Below, in pieces: positions 28,455 through 36,782 of a DNA stretch of 64,000 bases. The stretch covers positions 244,896 to 308,895 of the forward strand of contig CAWHSM010000004.1 of assembly GCA_963832045.1 (NCBI GenBank), read 5' to 3'. This DNA comes from an uncultured Alphaproteobacteria bacterium. GTDB taxonomy: Bacteria > Pseudomonadota > Alphaproteobacteria > Rhizobiales > Xanthobacteraceae. The notes beneath the pieces were generated by a model. The model saw only the letters and a program-made list of their open reading frames with translations. It did not search any database and had not been told where the DNA came from. The translations under genes were made by a program, and so were the position numbers. How positions within the stretch are numbered: position 1 is the first letter of the stretch; each line of letters opens with the position of its first letter.

Positions 28455-29882
28455 ATGTCATCGGATCAGGCACTCATCCGGTCAACGGCATGCGAAGTTG
28501 TCGGCCGGTTGAATTCCGGCGACATCACGCCGCTTGACCTCCTGGATGTGCTGGAGCGGCGGATCGCCGAAGTGGACGGCAAGACGAACGCGCTGCCGAC
28601 GTTGTGCTTCGATCGCGCCCGCAGCCATGCGAAAACCCTGATGCAACGGCCGCCTGGCGAACGCGGCCTGCTCGCCGGTCTTCCGATCCCGATCAAGGAT
28701 CTCACCAACGTCGCCGACGTGCGGACCACGCAGGGCTCGCCGATCTACAAGGACAACATTCCCGCAAGCTCCGACATTGTCGTCGAGCAGCTTGAGACCA
28801 ATGGCGGGGTGATTTATGCCAAATCCAACACCCCCGAATTCGGAGCCGGCGCCAATACCTTCAATGAGGTTTTCGGCCCGACACGCAATCCCTGGGACTT
28901 GTCGCGATCGGCCGCAGGTTCCTCCGGGGGAGCGGCGGTCGCGCTGGCCACCGGCACAGCGTGGCTCGCCCACGGCACGGACATGGGCGGCTCGCTGCGC
29001 AACCCCGCAAGCTTCTGCGGCGTCGTCGGCTTGCGGCCGAGCATCGGCCGTGTCGCGCATACGCCGGCAGCCAAGATCGACCGCAATCTGGGTGTGCACG
29101 GTCCGATGGCCCGCAATATCGAGGATCTCGCGCTGTTGCTCGACGCAATGAGCGGCGAGCACCCCGCCGATCCGCTATCCCTCCCCCGCCTGCCGACATC
29201 GTTCCTGTCCGCCGCGCGCTCCGGCAAACGTCCCAAACGTGTCGCCTATTCGCCTGACCTCGGCATTACCCCCGTCGACCCCGAAGTCGCCGCGATCACC
29301 CGGAAAGCGGCGCTGCGCTTCGCCGAGGCCGGCGCCATCGTCGAAGAAGCCCATCCCGACCTGCGCGAAGCCCACGAGTGCTTCCACGTGCTGCGCGCCT
29401 TTGACTTCGCCATCAGCAAGGCGGCATTGCTTCGCAACAAGCGCGACCAGCTCAAGCCGGAAGTGATCTGGAACATCGAGGAAGGTCTGAAGCTTTCCGT
29501 CGAGCAACTTGAACGGGCGGAAGCCCAGCGCGTCGCGATGGCCCAGCGCACGCTTGCGTTCTTCAAGTCCTACGACCTGCTTCTTGCACCGGCTACCATT
29601 GTTGCGCCGTTCCCGATCGAGGACCGTTATGTCGCCGAATGCGCCGGCAAGAAGTTCGACAACTATGTGGAATGGCTCGGCATCGTCTATGCGATTACGC
29701 TTGCCTGCTGCCCGGCGTTGTCCTTGCCGTGCGGATTTACGGCATCCGGCCTTCCGGTCGGCCTGCAGATGGTCGCAGCCCCGCGCGGCGAGGCGCAACT
29801 GCTCGCCGGCTCCAGGCTGCTGGAAGATATTCTCGGCCTGCGCGGCACCACGCCAATCGACCCCAGGCCGGCATCGCGGTAA
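28455..29882 (+). CDS. Amidase (amidase-signature family)
   Basis: AS-family GGSSGG core (SAAGSSGGAAVALATG) and the Ser-cisSer-Lys context. ATG at 28455 preceded by AGGAGA. Confidence 0.9.
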   Translation: MSSDQALIRSTACEVVGRLNSGDITPLDLLDVLERRIAEVDGKTNALPTLCFDRARSHAKTLMQRPPGERGLLAGLPIPIKDLTNVADVRTTQGSPIYKDNIPASSDIVVEQLETNGGVIYAKSNTPEFGAGANTFNEVFGPTRNPWDLSRSAAGSSGGAAVALATGTAWLAHGTDMGGSLRNPASFCGVVGLRPSIGRVAHTPAAKIDRNLGVHGPMARNIEDLALLLDAMSGEHPADPLSLPRLPTSFLSAARSGKRPKRVAYSPDLGITPVDPEVAAITRKAALRFAEAGAIVEEAHPDLREAHECFHVLRAFDFAISKAALLRNKRDQLKPEVIWNIEEGLKLSVEQLERAEAQRVAMAQRTLAFFKSYDLLLAPATIVAPFPIEDRYVAECAGKKFDNYVEWLGIVYAITLACCPALSLPCGFTASGLPVGLQMVAAPRGEAQLLAGSRLLEDILGLRGTTPIDPRPASR

Positions 29883-30015
29883 TTTTCAGATCGAGAAATT
29901 ACCGGCGGGATAAATCGGCGATTGGGCGCTGGTGAACGGCGCATCCGCCGTTATAATCGCGGTCAAGAGAAAAACGAGTGCGCGCTTGCAGCGCAATGAC
30001 GCGGAGGACGCCCGA

Positions 30016-30228
30016 ATGTCGGGAAAACTGAGAATTCGGGTCGATCAGGACAAATGCCAGGGGCACGCCCGCTGCAAATCGCTCGCCCCTGAACTGTTCG
30101 AGCTCGATACTTACGGCAACGCGCATGAAGTCGGCGATGGCGCCGTCCCGGAGGGATTGGCGGACAAAGCCCAGCTTGCGCAGTCCAACTGTCCGGAGAT
30201 TGCGATCGAACTCATCATCGAGGAATAA
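30016..30228 (+). CDS. Small [3Fe-4S]/[4Fe-4S] ferredoxin (P450 redox-partner type)
   Basis: MSGKLRIRVDQDKCQGHARCKSLAPELFELD..AQSNCPEIAI, 70 aa, immediately upstream of the P450. The track ORF start at 29932 is too early. Confidence 0.82.
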   Translation: MSGKLRIRVDQDKCQGHARCKSLAPELFELDTYGNAHEVGDGAVPEGLADKAQLAQSNCPEIAIELIIEE

Positions 30229-30276
30229 ACCTGTTCGCTGGCCCGTTCGGCCCATCGATCGAAAGGAAATTGCCTG

Positions 30277-31473
30277 ATGTCCAATCATGCCCCCGTTACC
30301 GATTGGGTTCACGATTTCGATCATACCGATCCGCGCTGGACGGAAAACCCATATCCGATCTGGGACGAACTGCGCGCTGCAAGCCCCGTGGTTCATACCG
30401 AGCGTTTCCTCGGCTGTTACTTGCCGACCACCTTTGATGCGGTGAAGCAGATCGCCTACGACACCGAACACTTCTCCTCGCGCCGGGTAGTGGTGCGCGA
30501 TGTGAGGCCGGACCTCATTCCGTCGCCGCCCATCACTTCCGATCCACCGGAACACAAGCCCGCCAAGCAGTTACTGCTCCCTTCCTTCACGCCGGACGCC
30601 GTCAAGAAACTGGAGCCGAAGGTTCGCTCGATCTGCAACGAGTTGATCGACGGATTCATCGAAGAGGACGGATGCGACGCCGCCGCGCGCTACAGCAAGC
30701 ATATTCCGGTGCGAACGATCGCCCATATGCTCGGTATTCCGGAAGCGGACAGCGATCGCTTCATCACCTGGATCCATGAAATACTGGAGCTCGGCATCAA
30801 GGATCAGAGCGTCCTGATGAAGGCGGTTGGCGAAATGATCGCCTATTTTTCCGGCCACATCGAGAGCCGCAGGAAGCACCCGACCGACGATCTGATTTCA
30901 ACGCTGATGAATGCGCGGGACAACAACGGGCAACCGCTGTCGGATGCGCATGTACAGGGCGCGCTACGTCTGTTGTTGATTGCCGGCATCGATACCACCT
31001 GGAGCGCGATCGGTTCGGCACTCTGGTATCTTGCAAAGACGCCGATTGACCGCGAGCGTCTGATCGCGGAACCGGATCTGATGCCAACCGCCATCGAGGA
31101 GTTTTTGCGTGCCTTTGCGCCGGTGACCATGGCGCGCGAGGTCGTAAAGGAGACCGAGATCGGCGGCTGCCCGATCAGGCCGGGCAACATGGTGCTGCTG
31201 TCGTTTCCGGCCGCCAACCGCGATCCCACCGTGTTCCCGGACGCCGACAAGGTCGTGATCGACCGCAAGCAGAACCCGCACGCTGCCTTCGGACTGGGGA
31301 TTCACCGTTGCGTCGGCTCGAACCTCGCGCGGATGGAGATGACGGTTGCGATCGAGGAATGGCTCAAGCGCATTCCCGATTTCAGGCTCGACCCTGCCGG
31401 CAAGGTCGCCTGGTCGGAAGGCACGGTGCGCGGACCGCGGCAACTTCCGGTGCTGTTCGGAAAGGTCCGCTGA
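30277..31473 (+). CDS. Cytochrome P450 (class I, ferredoxin-dependent)
   Basis: Heme loop FGLGIHRCVGSNLA, EXXR (EEFLR), I-helix AGIDTT; 398 aa. Confidence 0.93.
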   Translation: MSNHAPVTDWVHDFDHTDPRWTENPYPIWDELRAASPVVHTERFLGCYLPTTFDAVKQIAYDTEHFSSRRVVVRDVRPDLIPSPPITSDPPEHKPAKQLLLPSFTPDAVKKLEPKVRSICNELIDGFIEEDGCDAAARYSKHIPVRTIAHMLGIPEADSDRFITWIHEILELGIKDQSVLMKAVGEMIAYFSGHIESRRKHPTDDLISTLMNARDNNGQPLSDAHVQGALRLLLIAGIDTTWSAIGSALWYLAKTPIDRERLIAEPDLMPTAIEEFLRAFAPVTMAREVVKETEIGGCPIRPGNMVLLSFPAANRDPTVFPDADKVVIDRKQNPHAAFGLGIHRCVGSNLARMEMTVAIEEWLKRIPDFRLDPAGKVAWSEGTVRGPRQLPVLFGKVR

Positions 31474-31621
31474 GCGAAACTCTTTTCGTCTGATTTTCAA
31501 ACTTCCGGGGAGCCAAAGTGACAGACCAAACTGCAATGACACCAAGCATGACTCCGCGATGCATCGTCACGAATAGCGGCGCGTCGCCGTCATAGCCGGC
31601 CTAAGACCTGGAGGACCGATC

Positions 31622-32845
31622 GTGCCCACCGAACGATTTCAATTTACGGGCTCGGAGGGCCAGCAACTGGCCGCCGCACTGGACATACCGGATGGGCCTG
31701 CTCGCGCCTACGCGCTGTTTGCGCATTGCTTTACCTGCGGCAAGGACGGGCTGGCGGCGAAACGGATTGCGGTGGCGCTGGCCGCAAAGGGCATCGCGGT
31801 TTTGCGGTTCGACTTCACCGGCCTCGGCTCCAGCGAAGGTGATTTCGCCAATTCGACGTTTTCTTCCAATGTCGCCGATCTCGTGCGGGCGGCCGATCAC
31901 TTGCGCACAACCCGGCAAGCGCCGGCGCTGCTGATCGGCCACAGCCTGGGAGGCGCGGCAATACTGGCCGCGGCGGACCAGATTCCTCAGGCCAAGGCGG
32001 TGGTTACCATTGCGGCTCCGTCCGACCCCACCCACATCACCGGGCTCTTTGCCGATTCAATCGAGAAAATCCTCAAAGACGGCCAGGCGGAAGTATCTCT
32101 CGCCGGCCGGCCATTCACGATCAAGCGTGAATTCCTTGACGACGTCGCCGAGCAAGGCTTGATGACGCATGTCGCCAAGCTGCACAAGGCGCTGCTGGTC
32201 ATGCACGCACCGGCCGACGACACCGTCGGCATCGACAACGCCACCCGCATCTTCGTGACCGCCAAGCATCCCAAGAGCTTTGTGTCACTGGCGGGCGCCG
32301 ACCATTTGCTGAGCAACAGGCGTGATTCGGCCTATGTCGCCGAGGTCGTTGCGGCCTGGGCCTCACGCTATCTCGATGCGGCGATGCCTGAGGACGCGGT
32401 TGACCTCGCCGAGGCCCCGCGCAACGTCGTGGTTCAGGAAACCGGCATCAGCAAGTTCCAGCAATCGGTGACCGTCGGGCCGCATCATTTGCTCGCCGAC
32501 GAACCTGTCGCTGCCGGCGGCGAGGATACCGGGCCTGGCCCCTACGACTATCTGCTCGCCGGGCTTGGCGCCTGCACCTCGATGACGATGCGGCTTTACG
32601 CCGACCGCAAATCGCTGCCGCTGGCGCGAACCACGGTGACCCTGCGGCACAGCAAGATCCATGCGCAGGATTGCGCCGAATGCGAAACCAAGGCGGGCAT
32701 GCTCGACCAGATCGAACGGGTCATTACGATGGAAGGGGCGCTCAACGCGGAACAGCGTCAAAAACTGATGGAAATCGCAGATAAATGTCCGGTGCATCGC
32801 ACCCTGACTTCGGAGATTCACATCGTGACCCGCGCGGCCGATTAA
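31622..32845 (+). CDS. Bifunctional alpha/beta hydrolase / OsmC-family protein
   Basis: The N-terminal half has GHSLGG. The C-terminal 140 aa are OsmC-like (..LAGLGACTSMTMRLYA..DKCPVHRTL). GTG start. Confidence 0.82.
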   Translation: MPTERFQFTGSEGQQLAAALDIPDGPARAYALFAHCFTCGKDGLAAKRIAVALAAKGIAVLRFDFTGLGSSEGDFANSTFSSNVADLVRAADHLRTTRQAPALLIGHSLGGAAILAAADQIPQAKAVVTIAAPSDPTHITGLFADSIEKILKDGQAEVSLAGRPFTIKREFLDDVAEQGLMTHVAKLHKALLVMHAPADDTVGIDNATRIFVTAKHPKSFVSLAGADHLLSNRRDSAYVAEVVAAWASRYLDAAMPEDAVDLAEAPRNVVVQETGISKFQQSVTVGPHHLLADEPVAAGGEDTGPGPYDYLLAGLGACTSMTMRLYADRKSLPLARTTVTLRHSKIHAQDCAECETKAGMLDQIERVITMEGALNAEQRQKLMEIADKCPVHRTLTSEIHIVTRAAD

Positions 32846-32888
32846 AGCGTGATGAGATTAGGTTCGATAGAGCCGCAATGAAGATATG

Positions 32889-33093
32889 CTCCCTCTCCCA
32901 CGCAACCGGGGTCTACCCCGGTTGCGCATTGTGAATTTGCGCAAGTCGGCCAAGCCCGACTTGCGGTGGGAGAGGGTTGGGGTGAGGGGTTACGGTTTCT
33001 CGTCAGAGCAGCGCCCCCTCACCCGGATCGCACTGGACGATGCTGTCGTATCGCCAGGAGCGATCCGACCTCTCCCCGCTGGGGAGAGGTGGG
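32889..33093. repeat. REP-like element, family A, expanded copy
   Basis: Family-A hairpins, with two extra hairpins (GCAACCGGGG-TCTA-CCCCGGTTGC and CGCAAGTCGG..CCGACTTGCG) inserted in the loop of the first CCCTCTCCC/GGGAGAGGG stem. Confidence 0.85.
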
Positions 33094-33158
33094 CTGCTCA
33101 GCTGACAAGGCGATTCAACCAAAAGTCATCTCGCTTTTAACGCAGGGCTTCAAATCGT

Positions 33159-34226
33159 TCAACGCGGCGTCGGTGCTTCCGGCGGCGGAACGCGCAACAT
33201 GCCCCGCACGCCCGCGGCCGAGCCCAGCAGGATGCCGGCTGCTGCGACGAAGGAAGAGAGCGCGAGCGTCGAAATCCCGGTCAAGCCCTGCCCGATCGAG
33301 CAACCGAGCGCCATCGCGCCGCCAGATCCCATCAGCGCTGCGCCGATGATCGAACGCAGCATCTGGCGCGGTGACGTGTACCCTTCGAGGTGAAAGCGGC
33401 GGGTGACGAGCGCCGTCAAAAGACTGCCGGCGAAAACGCCGGCAACCATGACGATACCGAAATTGAGCGTGAGCCCGGTCGAAAGCATCACGTATTGAAC
33501 CGTATCGGCGATCGGCGCGATGAAGGTGAGCGAGGTGACGGCGGCCGGATTGAAATCATCCGCGCCAAGATAACCAGTCGCAAACCAGCCCGCCGTGACC
33601 AGAAGGCCGACCGACAAACCCGCGGCGATCTGACCTCCGGCGCGGCGGAATGGCGCATGCGAGAAGGCAAAGACGATCAGGACCGCTGAGATCACTGTGG
33701 CCACGGTCATCCGCGCGAAAATTTCGCCGCCGCCCAACGCCGGCAGCAGTTCAGGCAGAGAAAGCCGAGCCGGCTTGATCAGCGACGACTGCAACAGCGC
33801 AACGCGAGCGGGAGCGATCAATCCGCGTAACGTCATCTGCGCCGTGATCCCAAGCACGACCACCACGACCAACGATCGCAGATTGCCGCGGCCGAGCAGC
33901 ACCAGCGCACGCGAGCCGCAGCCGTTCGCAAGCACCATGCCGTAACCGAACAACAGGCCACCGGCAAACATCAGCGGCACCGAAAACGACGCCTGAAGAT
34001 AAACTGATTTGCCAAGATCGATCGCGCCATACCCCGCGAGACACTGCGTTGCTGCAACCGCCACGGCGAGCGCAAGCGCAAAGGTCCGGATCAGCCGGCT
34101 GTCACCTTCCGCCCACCAGCCGCGCAGGCTGCTCAACAGGCAGAATCCGCTCAAAAGCCCGACGGCGCCATAGGCGAGCCCGATCGACAGACCGGCGCCG
34201 AGAACGATGTTGAAGTCTGGCGGCAC
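33159..34226 (-). CDS. YeeE/YedE-family membrane protein (sulfur-compound transport family)
   Basis: 355 aa, polytopic. Duplicated ..GFCL../..GCSIGQG.. Cys motifs typical of YeeE/YedE. Confidence 0.82.
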   Translation of the reverse strand: MPPDFNIVLGAGLSIGLAYGAVGLLSGFCLLSSLRGWWAEGDSRLIRTFALALAVAVAATQCLAGYGAIDLGKSVYLQASFSVPLMFAGGLLFGYGMVLANGCGSRALVLLGRGNLRSLVVVVVLGITAQMTLRGLIAPARVALLQSSLIKPARLSLPELLPALGGGEIFARMTVATVISAVLIVFAFSHAPFRRAGGQIAAGLSVGLLVTAGWFATGYLGADDFNPAAVTSLTFIAPIADTVQYVMLSTGLTLNFGIVMVAGVFAGSLLTALVTRRFHLEGYTSPRQMLRSIIGAALMGSGGAMALGCSIGQGLTGISTLALSSFVAAAGILLGSAAGVRGMLRVPPPEAPTPR

Positions 34227-34235
34227 CGTCGCTCC

Positions 34236-35255
34236 TTATGGCCGAAAGATGATGCGATCGCGTGAAGAACCGGCGACCGCGAGAAAAGCGGCCTTGGCTT
34301 CCTCCAGCGGATAGATTGCATTTTGCTTGATCGGATACGGCTTGAGGTGTCCGCTGAGGAAACCGGGACAAAGTTCGCGGAGTACGGCGCCGGTCGCGAT
34401 CGACGACAGGCCAAGCGAGTCGATGCCGACATAGGTGTGCTGGCCGCGATAGAATTCCAGAATGTTGAACTGCACGATACGATCGATAGCGGCGATCAGG
34501 ATCTGGCGTCCGCGCAACGCCAGCGATTTGTGCGCCGCCTGAAAATAGGGATCGCCGACGGTGTTGAAAACGATGTTGGCCCCCTTCCCGTCCGTCAACT
34601 CGCGAACGCGAGCGGCCACATCGGTTGATGAAGAATTGATGATTTCAACGGGACCATTGGTATGCCCGGCATAGGGCTCCTGTTTGCGCACCACGCCGAC
34701 CACTTGCGCTCCGCGCCAGCTCGCGATCTGCACCGCGGCCTGGCCGACCTTGCCATTGACGCCGAACACCAGCACCGTCTCGTGCTTTTCCGGCAGGCCC
34801 GCGCGGCGAAAGCCTTCGATTGCCGTCACGAACGGCACACCGATGCCGGCCGCTTCCTCCCATGAAAGATTCTCCGGCTTTTCCACGACCGCATCCGCTT
34901 CGACCGCCAGATGCGTGGCATGGGTGCCATCGCGGCGAATTCCAAGATCGCCGGACGAGCCGAACACCTCACGGCCGATCATGCCGACCGGGCCATCGAT
35001 CACGACGCCGGCATAGTCGCGGCCCGAAGTGCGCGGGAATACCGCATAAGGCATCAGGCCGGTTGCGGCCTTGATATCGGAAGGATTGACCGCCGCAGCC
35101 CTGATCTCGATCAGCACCTGATTGTCGCTGCGGGACAGTGGCAGGCGCTCGACAGCCGGCGACACCGCAGCAGGCGTTTCGGCCTTGACGTTCAGCCGAA
35201 CACAGCGCGCCTCGACGGAAGCCGATTGGGGGATTGTTTTATTCTCCGACAGCAT
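34236..35255 (-). CDS. Zinc-type alcohol dehydrogenase / quinone oxidoreductase (MDR family)
   Basis: ..IRAAAVNPSDIK.. and the nucleotide-binding VLVFGVNGKVGQAAVQIA motif; 339 aa. Confidence 0.85.
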   Translation of the reverse strand: MLSENKTIPQSASVEARCVRLNVKAETPAAVSPAVERLPLSRSDNQVLIEIRAAAVNPSDIKAATGLMPYAVFPRTSGRDYAGVVIDGPVGMIGREVFGSSGDLGIRRDGTHATHLAVEADAVVEKPENLSWEEAAGIGVPFVTAIEGFRRAGLPEKHETVLVFGVNGKVGQAAVQIASWRGAQVVGVVRKQEPYAGHTNGPVEIINSSSTDVAARVRELTDGKGANIVFNTVGDPYFQAAHKSLALRGRQILIAAIDRIVQFNILEFYRGQHTYVGIDSLGLSSIATGAVLRELCPGFLSGHLKPYPIKQNAIYPLEEAKAAFLAVAGSSRDRIIFRP

Positions 35256-35330
35256 CGCTGGTTCCGATTTTAAACGATTTCCAAGACCACCGCGCCCGCC
35301 GGAATCGTTGAGGGCGCGGTTGCTTCGCTT

Positions 35331-35817
35331 CTAGTGTCCCGATTCCGAAGTTCGTACCCTCTAGCGGCCCCATTTTTACGAACTTCGGAATCGAAAGGAC
35401 ACTAGTGTAGCGACTTCTGACGTTCCTTTCAGTGCTGCCGCGAGCTCTCGGAAGGAACGTCAGAGTCAAAGCTACACTAGGATCATATAGTTGCTAGTGT
35501 CCCTTTGGTTCTGACATTCGTAAAAGTGCGCGCTGCGATGGGATACGAATGTCAGAACCGGGACACTAGCCAACTTTTTGATCTAGTGTGGCTTTGGTTC
35601 AGAAGTCCGCATGGCGAACTCGCGGCAATAGGGATGCGGACTTCTGAACCGCCACACTAGTGCCCAGTTCGTGCTCCGTTGCCGCACCCACTTTCCACGA
35701 ACTTCGGAAAGTCAGGGGCACTAGCAAACCTATTGATTCTAGTGCCGCTTTTCTATTTGAAGTTCCTGAATCGAATTCGCCGCTTGTGGTGCAGGAACTT
35801 CAAATAGGCGGCACTAG
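35331..35817. repeat. Array 1 of CTAGTG...CACTAG bulged-hairpin units (six units, unclassified family)
   Basis: Units at 35331-35405, 35402-35480, 35494-35569, 35583-35660, 35657-35724 (one arm truncated) and 35739-35817. Each has a 9-10 bp outer stem, a TTT/AAA bulge, a 16-17 bp inner stem and a 19-23 nt loop. Confidence 0.92.
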
Positions 35818-35913
35818 CAACGCTTAGCGCAGTTCGTGTGAGGCCGACAATGCCGCACCCGCAGCCAATTCCCTCCCCGCCGGCGGGCAGGCGAGCGGGA
35901 ATGCCTTTAAGGC

Positions 35914-36684
35914 TTACCGGTTCGGATCGGGATAGACGAGGCTGCGCCAGCCGCCGCGGTCGAACGGCTTCCATTGGCCTTCCGCCTGGGCGAGACGATC
36001 GGCCACGGCATAGACGACGGCCGGATGATGGCCCATACCGCAATGGCTGCTCTCGACCTCGATGCTTTCGGAAGTCGCCGAGGTTTTTTCCATGCAGCCC
36101 TGCCAGGCGCAGATGCCGTCGGTGCGGCTGAAAATCGCCGATGTCGGCACCGGCGGAGTTTGCGACAGCGATCCGCCGAAACGGTGATCCTCTTCGTCGG
36201 CGCTGCGACCGCTCGCCATCTCATAGACGCGCCAGGCGTTCGTCGCTCTCGGATGACCGGCGAATGGGCTACCCAGCGTAATCACCGAGCGCACGCGGTC
36301 GGGCATCGTCTTGGCGAGCTGCCGGGCATAGAGGCCGCCGAGGCTCCAGCCGACCAGACTGATCTTGCGCCCATGCGCGTCGCTGAGTTCGTGCACGAGA
36401 TCAACCATCGCCTGCTGCACGCCATGTCGCAGGCCGAGATTGCGGCCCTGCCGCCAGCCGCTCACGGCATAACCCTTGTTTTTCAGAAAGCCGCGCAGCG
36501 GCCGGGTGGAGGTATCGGAAGCGACCAATCCGGGAAGCACCAGCACCGGATGCCCGTCGCCGCGCGGCGCCAGGCTCAACAGCGGCAACGCGCCGAGGAA
36601 CGCACCAAACTCATGAATTGCCCGCCCCTCCAGAAACATCAGGGTTTTGGACGGCGGGCGCAGCGTTTGGGTAGTCGCCGACAT
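35914..36684 (-). CDS. Alpha/beta hydrolase (lipase/esterase-like), paralogue of 48430-49230
   Basis: True start is the ATG at 36684 (MSATTQTLRPPSK..). GWSLGG nucleophile elbow and GDGHPVLVLPG motif. The track ORF has a spurious 153-aa extension. Confidence 0.82.
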   Translation of the reverse strand: MSATTQTLRPPSKTLMFLEGRAIHEFGAFLGALPLLSLAPRGDGHPVLVLPGLVASDTSTRPLRGFLKNKGYAVSGWRQGRNLGLRHGVQQAMVDLVHELSDAHGRKISLVGWSLGGLYARQLAKTMPDRVRSVITLGSPFAGHPRATNAWRVYEMASGRSADEEDHRFGGSLSQTPPVPTSAIFSRTDGICAWQGCMEKTSATSESIEVESSHCGMGHHPAVVYAVADRLAQAEGQWKPFDRGGWRSLVYPDPNR

Positions 36685-36782
36685 TGCATATCCTCGCTCG
36701 AGTGTAGCTATGACGCTGATTCGGCCATTCAAGCCGTTGCGGCCGGACGGAACAATAGCCCGAGAGGTAAAAGGGGCGAAAA

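Noticed and set aside
35494-35660. tRNA-like T-arm motif (GGTTC.GA..TCC) inside the hairpin inner stems
   Set aside because: There is no cloverleaf, acceptor stem or anticodon arm. The resemblance is limited to about 8 nt and is better explained as a subfamily consensus of the repeat.
35331-35817. Possible CRISPR array, given the regularly spaced repeats with variable segments
   Set aside because: There is no constant direct repeat. The units are inverted-repeat hairpins with different stems and occur in both orientations. The variable parts are hairpin loops of about 20 nt, and no cas genes or leader are present in the window.
35331-35817. Integron attC-like sites (bulged hairpins with extrahelical bases and a variable terminal loop)
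   Set aside because: The termini are CTAGTG/CACTAG, not the RYYYAAC/GTTRRRY R-box consensus. The units abut each other with no gene cassettes between them, and no intI gene or attI is present. I kept only the structural analogy.
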